Source of the DNA: an uncultured Nitrososphaeraceae archaeon
GTDB taxonomy: Archaea; Thermoproteota; Nitrososphaeria; Nitrososphaerales; Nitrososphaeraceae
Length of the DNA: 39,176 nt
Direction of reading: 5' to 3'
Assembly (NCBI GenBank): GCA_963825865.1
Contig: CAWGVG010000053.1
Location: forward strand, 1-39,176
A program made the translations under genes and the position numbers. The notes below the pieces were generated by a model that was given only the letters and a program-made list of their open reading frames with translations, was not told the origin of the DNA and did no database searches. This document shows positions 30,365 through 39,176 of the stretch, one piece after another. Every line of letters begins with the position of its first letter. Within the stretch, counting starts at the first letter, position 1.

Positions 30365-32606
30365 ATGAACAACAAGAATAGTAAGAATGGTAGTAACATT
30401 AGTAGTAGCAGCAATTGTAGTAACAAAAAGCAATCAATGATCACTGGAAAAGTAATACTGGATTCTATTACAAAATTAGACCCACGCTATTTAGCAAAAA
30501 ACAATGCTGTAATGTTTACAGTAGAAGTTGGATTTATAGTAGTAGCTTTGATAATTGCATTATTTCCAGGTATATCGGTGAATTTGTACGTCAAAGTCAG
30601 GTATTCTACCTTGAAACTGCAGTAATACTTATCCTAACAGTGTGGTTTGCTACATTTTCAGAATCATTGTCAGAAGCACAAGCAAGGGCTAGGGTAGATT
30701 CTCTAAGAAACTTAGAAAAAGAAGTTTCTGCTCGAAAAATAGTAAATGACAAGGAAGTTACTGTGCCTTCCAAAAACCTGAAGCCAGGAGACGAAGTTAT
30801 AGTTTACGCAGGTGAGATAATTCCAAGAGATGGCCTTGTTAACAAAGGTAAAGCATTTGTAGATGAATCAATGATGACAGGAGAATCAAATCCTGTATTC
30901 AAAGAAAAAGGCGATCATGTCATAGGTGGAACGAAAATAGCAAGTGACAAAGTAGTAGTAGAAATTACTGCAGAGGCTGGTAGAAGCTTCCTTGATGAAA
31001 TGGTTGGTCTAATACAAAATGCTACAAGACCTAAAACTAAAAATGAGATTGCTTTAACGATATTGCTAGCAGGACTGTCATTGATATTTATCATGGTAAT
31101 TGGAGCTTTGTTATTTTTTGCTCATTTTCTTGGATATAGTGCGGATATTGCCACATTAATAGCTCTACTTGTTGCATTGATGCCTACAACAATAGGAGGA
31201 CTACTTCCTGCGATAGGTGTTGCAGGTGTCACCCGACTTGGTAGAGATAGTATAGTAGCAAAATCAGGTAAGGGAATTGAAGCAGCTGGAGATTGTGATG
31301 TTTTAATTTTGGATAAGACAGGCACCATCACAGAAGGTAGTAGAAGTGCTACACAATTCATACCACTGCAAAAATATACTGAAGAAGACATAGGACAAGC
31401 AGCTTTTGCAGCATCAATTCATGATACTACACATGAAGGAAAGTCAATAGTTGATTTAGCAGAAGAGAAAAGATTCCATCCCACCATTAATGGAAAAAAT
31501 ACTTACTGCCAAATCAATTGAATTTAGTGCAGAGACTAGATTTAGTGGAATCGACTTTATCCCAAACAAAAAGAGTTACACTTAACAAAGAGCAACAAGA
31601 AGAACTTGCCTTTATTTCAAAAGATTGATGGAAATGGAAATGGAAAACTGGATCTCCTACTACTAGTCCTACTGGCAAAGTATCTAAGATGCTGCTAGAG
31701 TTAGATCAATCTAACAAAGAAGTAAAGATCCTCAAGGGTTCTGTAGATGCCATGACTAACATTAGCCCAAAACGCCAATGTCAAAGTCAATGAAGATGAA
31801 ATAAAATGGAAAGCACAGGAAATATCTAAAGATGGTGGAACTCCATTAGCAGTCTCAATAAATAATGAGAGTGATAGGTTTAGTTGTTTTAAAGGATAAT
31901 CTAAAAGAAAACATACGAGAGAAATTAGACGAAGTTCGTGCTACTGGAATTACTACGGTAATGATTACAGGAGACAATCAGATAACTGCTCAAGTAATAG
32001 CTAAGGAGGCTAATGTGGATCAAGTTATGGCAGAAGCAAAACCCACAGATAAGTTACTAAAGGTAGAAGAAGAACAAAGCAAAGGGTCATGTTATAGGTA
32101 TGGTAGGTGATGGAACCAATGATGCACCTGCACTTGCCAAAGCCGACATAGGATTAGCAATGAACAGTGGAACTGCTGCTGCCAAAGAAGCTGCCAATAT
32201 GGTAGATTTAGACTCTGATCCTTCAAAGATTTTGAGAGTTGTTAAACTAGGTAAGCAATTACTAATTACACGTGGAGCTATTACTACATTTAGCATAGCT
32301 AATGATGTTGCTAAATATTTTGCAATACTTCCTGCAATGATTATCACAAACAATCCTCATCTGCAGTTACTTAACATAATGCAGCTTGCATAGTCCTGAT
32401 ACTGCGATATTATCTACACTTGATATTTAATGCAATAATAATTCCAGCTCTAATTCCATTATCGTTAAGAGGAGTCAAGTTTAAAGCCAGAACCACCTCA
32501 GAAAACCTTTCTTAGAAATATGTTTATCTATGGAGTAGGTGGACTAATCCTTCCATTCATTGGTATTAAGGCTATTGATGTTTTGCTATCGGTTTTCATG
32601 AGGTGA
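30365..32606 (+). CDS. kdpB: K+-transporting P-type ATPase subunit B (multiple frameshifts)
   Basis: 'N.VMF.VE', 'WFA.F.E', TGES, 'PTTIGGLL', DKTGT, 'MITGDN', '[10 protein letters not shown]', '[23 protein letters not shown]', '[17 protein letters not shown]'. Confidence 0.95.
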
Positions 32607-32723
32607 AATAAAGAGATGACTGAAGAGAATAAAGAAAAAAGTCAAAATTCCTATAGATACTAAAGCATTCAACATTCCTGCTCTGAGGATACTTGGATTA
32701 ATATACTGATATCAACAAATAAA

Positions 32724-33230
32724 ATGATAAAAAGAATTCCTCTAAACTCCGAATCATTTAGTCCTGCGATAAGGGTGGTAATACTAATGTTAATAGTCAC
32801 AGGAATTGCATATCCTCTTATTCTGGTAGCAATAGGTCAGAATATACTACCATTTCAATCCAATGGTAGTATACTCACTTTTAATGGAAAAGCTGTTGGT
32901 TCAAAACTTATAGCACAAGAGTTTAAATCTCCAAAGTTCTTCCATTCAAGACCTTCATCAGATTCGGCATCAGGTGTAGATCCACATATCACTCCTGACA
33001 ATGCTTTTTCCCAGATTTCAAACATTAGTAAGGCTTCTGGAATACCTGAAAATACCTTAAGAACATTGGTTGAACTAAATATAGAAAGAAATAAAGTTAG
33101 TAATTTATTGGCATTTGCTCCAGACTATGCTAATGTATTGGAACTGAATATAGATTTAGTAAAACGATATCCTGAAGCATATAGCGAGTTCATAAAGACA
33201 GAGGCAACATTACAGCATGAGGAGGTGAGA
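32724..33230 (+). CDS. kdpC: K+-transporting ATPase subunit C (ORF reads on to 33344)
   Basis: 'TGIAYPL', 'Q.NGS', 'VGSKLIAQ.F...FFHSRPS', 'SASGVDPHI', 'NVLELN..L'. Confidence 0.9.
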
Positions 33231-33236
33231 AACAAA

Positions 33237-33324
33237 TTGGAGGCAATTTTGATTCTATTTGTGTCTTCTCTTGTTGTAGCTGCAGTGCATCTTAACTTAT
33301 TCACTACTGAAAGCAGAAAAGTAA
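33237..33324 (+). CDS. kdpF: KdpF-like small membrane subunit (one extra base at about 33294)
   Basis: GGAGGTGA RBS at 33221-33228 and TTG at 33237. Removing one A gives MEAILILFVSSLVVAAVHLTYSLLKAEK*, matching the KdpF 'YL.YALL.(P/A)E' C-terminal pattern. Confidence 0.7.
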
Positions 33325-33417
33325 ATAATCAAGAATATTTATAGATTCGTCTAAAGCAATGCATTAGCTCAGATTTTAATAGATGAATTATCATCACGGA
33401 CAGTACCATCGCCTCCT

Positions 33418-34778
33418 TCAGAAAATATCTTCTTGACATACCTTGTAAGTCCAATGTGTCATGATCAATGATGAAAGAACTAAACCAAAGGCTATTGTAG
33501 CAATTGTATTCTTAAAATTGCCCTCAGGTAATGATGCAACAAGAGCTACTGATATTGCTCCACGCATTCCACCTAGCACAACTATGTGTCTCCAGACCAT
33601 TGGAATCTTTTCACTTGTAAATCTATTTGTAGCAGCAAGTATTGGATAAGTAGATGCTACTCTAGCAGCCAACACTGCCGCAAATGATAGAACAATTAAA
33701 AAGAAATTTTGAGCAATATTAACAATATTCATGCTTATTCCAAGATAAAGAAAAGCGAGCAGAATTTGCGAAAAATGCAGTCATCTCCCAGAAATTAAAT
33801 ACAGATGAGCGCACTTTTAAGCTCATATAAGCTTCTTGCTTTACTGTTATATTGCCAAAATATAGCCCTGCAACTGCTGCTGCAACTAGACCAGAAAGAC
33901 CTAAGGAATTTGCAGCTGCCACAGAACCAAATACAGTAGCAACAGTTAATGCTGTCTCTGACAAAGGATCGTTCATCAATGCGTGTAATCTGTGTGTTGC
34001 TGCTAGCGACAGCTAATCCAATAGCAGCGCCACCAAAAAATACTATGGCAAAATGTCCAGTTTCACCAACAAAGTAAAGATTATTCATCGTAGGAGAAGA
34101 AAAAGTGAGTATTATTATATGGACTGCTATGGATGGTGAGATGTTCGTCATATTATTGCCAACAGAAGCGGGAGCAAATGTCAGAGCAATAACAGATGAG
34201 AATACTATTAGACCAGTAGCATCATTGAAGCTAGCCTCAAATTCCATTAATGTAGAGAGTTGTTTTGGCACTCTTACTCTCTTGAATATCTCTATTACAA
34301 TTGCTGGGTCAGTAGGTGCTATCAAAGCAGCAAAGGTAAAAGCAACAGCAAAGGCTAGGCCAGCTACATATGTCAACAATAGCCCAGCAACAAGAGTAGC
34401 AACAACAACACCCACAGTGGCCAAGAGCAATGCGGATATTCGTATAGTCTTAAATTCTTTATAATTTACTTTCATCATTGCTTCAAAAATCAATGGTGGT
34501 ATTATGAAGTTGATAATTAATTTTGGATCAATCCTAAATTGTTTGATATCTATTATATTTAATCCTACAAAATCAAAAAATGAAATTGCAATTCCAAATC
34601 CTACAAGTATCATAGTGTGAGGAATTTTGGTTCGAGAGGAGAATACTGCAGTTCCGAATATCATGGCTAAGAAGATTGGAATAGCATACTGAGACGTAAG
34701 AAATATTTCTCCACCTTTAGGGCCTACAGTTGTTGTTGTTATTGAATCGATAGCATAGGTTGTTATTATTATATTCAC
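33418..34778 (-). CDS. CPA1 (NhaP-type) Na+(K+)/H+ antiporter, frameshifted
   Basis: 'IPPLIFEA', 'ALIAPTDP', 'EASFNDATG', 'LSGLVA...AGL..GN', 'FWE..AF.ANS', 'GGMRGAISVAL' across three ORFs. Confidence 0.92.
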
Positions 34779-35093
34779 TATGGATTTTACTAATGTTTAT
34801 TTTTTGATGTCATTAATAATAGTATATACACAATATACATTCTACAACAAAGACAGGTTCAAGTTGCATGAAACAAACAATGTTACATCGGTTGATGCGT
34901 TTCTTCGTTAAAAATAAAAATATTTCGACCCCGGAAATTAGCAGGAATACTTTATGAGTGACGAAATTGTGTTTGTTTCGCAAGTTTAACTTATTAAATC
35001 GAAAATGAATTGACACATACCATTAATTTTTAACTTTATATATGCATTACAATATATTTCTAACAAAAAATAAGATATGGAGGTTTGGTTACT

Positions 35094-35449
35094 TTAGGCA
35101 GGTGTAACGTGGTATCGTGTATCCTTGCCTAAGCCAAACCTTTGGATTTTGAGTAAGATATGTCATTCACTCAAATATGTATCAATATCTTCTGAAGTTC
35201 TTTTTCCCACTTCTAGATACTTTTCTTGATTGCTATTGTTAGGATCTATTACTGCATATCTGTATCTTTGACTTTTTTTCCCGTTAAATTCTGCTTTTAC
35301 TTGTTCAATTTTCTCTGGATTGAATTGCAAAATTTTCTTTTCACTTGGCTCTATTTTTACAAACTTGTTGTCCTTTTGTCTTTCACCTCTGCATTTCTTT
35401 GCAAATTTTCCTTGGCTTTAGGACTTAATACTTGACTTTCTGATGCCAT
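35094..35449 (-). pseudogene. Virus/plasmid-type single-stranded-DNA-binding-like protein, disrupted
   Basis: GGAGGTGA RBS. MASESQVLSPKAKENLQRNAE / KFVKIEPSEKKILQF..E....EFNGKK..RY.Y.V.DP...QEK...VGKR....*..LKIQRFGLGKDTRYHV. The R.G.G.DT.Y motif is seen in phage SSB-like proteins. Confidence 0.55.
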
Positions 35450-35454
35450 TTAAA

Positions 35455-35680
35455 TTAAATCACCTCCTCTTTGCAAATTAGCGTCACCCAACCACGCCTG
35501 AAGGTTCTTCCAGCCACTCTTGACTTTCTTATCCATATGCTATCGGGCGTATCAGTAATAACGACATAACACTTTGGCTTTATATCGTATTTCTTGCAAA
35601 TTTTCTTTGGAATGCTAATAATGCAACTGTATCTGGAGTCTGACCACACTTTGTGAATTTCTTTTATTGGAGAGGAAATA
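35455..35680 (-). CDS. AbrB/MazE/SpoVT family DNA-binding protein, start uncertain
   Basis: 'EIHKVW....SCIISIPKKICKKYDI....YVVI......IWIRK' swapped-hairpin pattern. Confidence 0.7.
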
Positions 35681-35750
35681 CTGTTGTTGTTGTTGTTGCC
35701 GTTGTTTTGCAACGACGCACAAACAACAAAACAAGACAAAGATAATAATA

Positions 35751-36165
35751 GAAGATGTTATTGAGGGATTGTTGCCCTCCCACCAAAGCTATTTTATGGA
35801 ACAGGAATACCAGGATATGTCTTAATTCTAAACAGGAACAGATCTGCAAATCGCAAGAACAAAATAATTTTAATCCATGCGCAAAGGATTATGAAGAAGG
35901 AAAGTTTCGTGACAACTACGGGGTTCCTGACATAGAAAAGATAGTTTCTGCGTTTAGAAATTACAAGGAATTGATAGATATTGCCATATTACAGAGTTTG
36001 ATCAATTACAGGAAAATGAGTTTAACCTAAATGTACCAAGATATGTAGATATTTCTGAAGCTGATGAAGAAATTGACATTCAGTCTACAATTGATGAACT
36101 AAAGAAAATTGAAAAAGATAAGCAAATCTGGAAATTCAACTGACATCGAATCTAAAAATAAGTTA
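35751..36165 (+). pseudogene. hsdM: Type I R-M methyltransferase C-terminal fragment
   Basis: Across frames: 'FYGTGIP..VLILN.N', 'DIEKIV.AF', 'ENEFNLNVPRYVD....EEIDI'. Confidence 0.85.
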
Positions 36166-36176
36166 TAAATTTTCGA

Positions 36177-36700
36177 ATGCAAGAATTACAAAAACCAAAG
36201 AAAGGATATAAGACAGTAAAATCGTATTTCGAAAGTATGAAGGGATCCTTGAAACTGGGAAGTAGTGGCTTCAAAGAATTTATTTTCTTCCAAGAGGGCC
36301 AGGATTAAGGACATGGCGATTCTGGGCCAGGATTAAGGGCCAGGATTCGGATACGGTAAATTTGGTCAACTTATAGAGGATCTTAGATATGGTAATTCTG
36401 TGAAATGTTTTAACCGATAGGAATGGTGTCCTTTACTGAGATTCCTAATATTATGCACGGTAACATTGACTTTGAAGATTTGAATATGCAGTATTCCTGA
36501 TTCAGATATTCGAAAATAGTTTAAGCCAGGGAATATGATTTTTATACAAACAAACCCAAATAGTGGATAAGGTCGTTGTGCATATATCATTCAAAATAGT
36601 AATATTCATGCATTCGCATCTTTCCTAATTAGAGTAACTACACTAAAAAGCTTTTCTATCAAAGAGGTTTGGCCAGTTCATATCATCGAACTCTACTAAC
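36177..36700 (+). pseudogene. hsdS: Type I R-M specificity subunit remnants
   Basis: Directly after hsdM: 'MQELQKPKKGYK.VK', 'FQEG(P)GLR.W', 'KFGQLIE..RYG.S.K', 'FASFLIRV'. Many stops and shifts. Confidence 0.65.
36296..36347 (+). repeat. Three copies of GGGCCAGGATT
   Basis: Copies at 36296, 36324 and 36337. Confidence 0.9.
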
Positions 36701-36839
36701 CAAGTAGATATGCACCTACCTTATGATTTGTCAATCTGACATTGGAAATTTAAGATATTTTCTCTTTTGTTCTAAGTGTCTAACCATGAAACTATTATGA
36801 CGTAATTTTTCTACAATGCCTTTTGTATAGATCCTGTTG

Positions 36840-38262
36840 TTATAGTGTAGCCGCTGGCGCAATTCTATATATCGTCCCTTGATTTTTGTTAAATGTAAGT
36901 ACGTATAGATAACCGTCATCAGGGCCTACTTTAATATCTGTAATCCCACCAAAACCTTTTCCAAATATTATTCCACTAAGGGTATCAGAACTGTTTGCAA
37001 CTCTATCAGCAAGTGGTCCATTGGGTGGGAGTAGTAACTCCGTCCTTTGGGAATTTAGCTTAAAATGGTAAATATTTCCATTGATATTATCACCTACAAA
37101 CATATCATTCTCATATAAGCTGCCCATCTTGTCAGAATTAAAGAATTTGATTCCAGTAGGAGCTACACTCCTGAAACCAAGTAAACTGAGGTGTATGATA
37201 TTTTCCTATTCCACCAAAGTCTACTAAATTGCTTGGATGTAGCGGTGCAACATGTTCTCAGTTTGACCGATATTATATCCACTTACCATATCCATCAATC
37301 TTGTTATACCCGCTGTTAAATCCTGGTTCAACCAAATTAATTTAATCACCAAATATTAAACCGTTTTCAGTATCCCATAGATTTCCAGTGACAGGATCGA
37401 AATCAATGCCAAAACTATTCCACATTCCATATGAATAATACAAGTTTAAAGGAAATTTGTTGCCAAGAATATGGAATTAGTGCTTTTCCATCCTGACTAA
37501 TTCGGAGTATGCCACCTGTTCCATCTGGGTCAGAACCATTCTGAACATTTTGTGCCTTAGTAGTATGCCAGTTGCCCACGTCGCCTACAGTGATATAGAC
37601 GCTATTATTGGGTCCAACAATGACTTTGCCGCATTACCAATAGTTCCGGGAGTTGCTGGAAGGTCTAACAAGAGTTTTGGATTCAGTAACTTATTATTTA
37701 TCAACTCATACCTGTATAGACGATTTCCCAGAGGCTGTTTTCCTTCTTAATATCATCACCATCTTTTGTTGGAGCTTCTGTATAATACAAGAAAACATAG
37801 GTAGCAGTATTATTACTACCATTAACATTTCCATGTTTTGATTGAGGTAAAGGAGGATGAGAATCTACTGCTATACCTAACATACCTCTGTGTCCATATG
37901 TTGCAACGTTAACATCCAGCAAAGGTTGTGGCAATATCATGCCATCTACAAATTCTCTACAGAACCAGTATCTTTTTCTGTGACCAAAATATCTTTGGGG
38001 CCTAAGAAAGCCATACTGGTAGGATATCTTAATCCTCTGAAAATTATTTCTGGCCTTAAATTGGGATCATTTATAATTGGTCCCTTAGAAGGAAGGCCTA
38101 CTTAGGATATTTTGAGTCCAATGCTTTTGCAAGGTGGTAGTTATAATGAAATTCATCAAAGTATTGATATTCAACTGCCAAAGATATAGATGTCAAAATC
38201 AAACTTGCAAATAAAATTAGTCTTACAAATGATGACGATGATGATATTAATGAATGGAACAT
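36840..38262 (-). pseudogene. PQQ-dependent sugar dehydrogenase (GSDH / soluble aldose dehydrogenase family)
   Basis: 'PTSMAFLG', 'HRGMLGIAV', 'GPNN.VYITVGDVG', 'DGTGGILR', 'YGMWNSFGIDFDPVTG.LWDTENG', 'APTGIKF', 'GGITDIKVGPD.GYLYVL'. Has frameshifts and in-frame stops. Confidence 0.9.
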
Positions 38263-38539
38263 TCCAAACTTGTCAAAAACTAAATGGAATATTATAATAT
38301 TAATAGTATCAATTTTTGCATAAATGTACCTTAATTACTCATGTTCCTTTCTATCAGCGATAGTGGAATCACTAATAAGATTAAATAATTCTTACTTTAT
38401 TGATGGAACCCACGCTATAAAATCAGGAATCATTGACTACCTATGTGTGGTCTCTCTTCTTCACTGAGATTCTTTTAAGTTATATGTCTTGGTTAGCGGT
38501 ATTTTTGTAGTTGTAATCGATTTTGAAATTCTACTACTG

Positions 38540-38962
38540 CTATTCCTCCTCTTTTCTTTCTTCCTCTATCATTTGTTTTACTAGTGATCTATGGCATAGA
38601 TTCTCATTTAGAACAATGGCACAAAAGCGTAACAATTCCATTGTAATTAGATAGTTCCTCCATCTGCTTTCTGTGCTTTAGGATTGTTTTTAATTTCAGA
38701 TGTAAATCTGATTACATATTCTGGCCAATCTATATTTTTATATTTAATAAAGTCTTTCCGTAATGCTTCACTTGGCACTAATTCAAAATTTGGATTTCCA
38801 GTTTCTCTACCATTCCACCAATCGTCATAATATAATTTCTGGTCTGATTTTTTTACAGCCCTAATTACACGGCGTGCTATGTTAATTCTTAAAACCATAC
38901 ACGTCTTTATCTAGTAGTGGTTTACCTTTCTTTAACTGTCCAAGTTTTATAATATTCGGCAT
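38540..38962 (-). CDS. DUF488 family protein, frameshifted
   Basis: 'RI.I.RR..R.VKK', 'ELVPSE.L', 'W.EY..RF..EI', and in a shifted frame 'VTLLCHC...CHRSL'. Confidence 0.75.
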
Positions 38963-39176
38963 ATTCCTAACCTCATGACTATAGTAGACCTGTTTATAAA
39001 TAGACCAAAACTAATTACACTTAATCAGACCTGGAATGATACCACAGAATATAAAAAGTGAACTGACAAATTGGCTGTTTCACTGAGTAATTAGGCAGGA
39101 AATTGAATTACAGTTCTTATAGTATTAAGTCGGGTGTTAACTTCCCAATCGCACATCGTCAATGCATTCTCGCAGG

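Noticed and set aside
28990-32520. Programmed frameshifting in kdpA/kdpB
   Set aside because: Too many shifts at heterogeneous non-slippery sites. Error or decay is simpler.

Overview
AT-rich window that most likely comes from a soil ammonia-oxidising archaeon (Nitrososphaeraceae-like). This is inferred from gene content: F420-dependent enzymes, an AOA-type NirK/multicopper oxidase fragment, archaeal RPA-type OB fold and GGAGGTGA ribosome-binding sites. Most of 1-28 kb is a mosaic of truncated, end-to-end fused gene fragments: aminopeptidase N, macro domain, terminase, HNH, CHRD, non-specific nuclease, nirK-like, integrase with a tRNA-like att remnant, and HEPN. It also holds an intact IS5/IS903-group element with TIRs and TSD, a broken IS481, an IS630 remnant and a few intact orphan genes. 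The 28.6-34.8 kb region is a full-length but indel-riddled kdpA-B-C(-F) K+ pump operon converging on a CPA1 Na+/H+ antiporter. After it come virus/plasmid-like AbrB and SSB genes, type I R-M remnants, a PQQ sugar dehydrogenase and a DUF488 gene. The most interesting signals are: (i) an intact 471-aa protein joining a beta-pore-forming-toxin-like N-domain to an RPA-like OB fold, plus a second Toxin_10/aerolysin-like gene; (ii) a 191-bp dispersed repeat with seven helically phased GATANCA motifs; (iii) a mirror-symmetric 9-bp iteron-like array; (iv) a hidden kdpF placed after, and in frame with, kdpC; (v) an unannotated 45-aa zinc-finger microprotein. All protein family calls are from motif recognition by eye, not database searches. 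Fragment boundaries are approximate.
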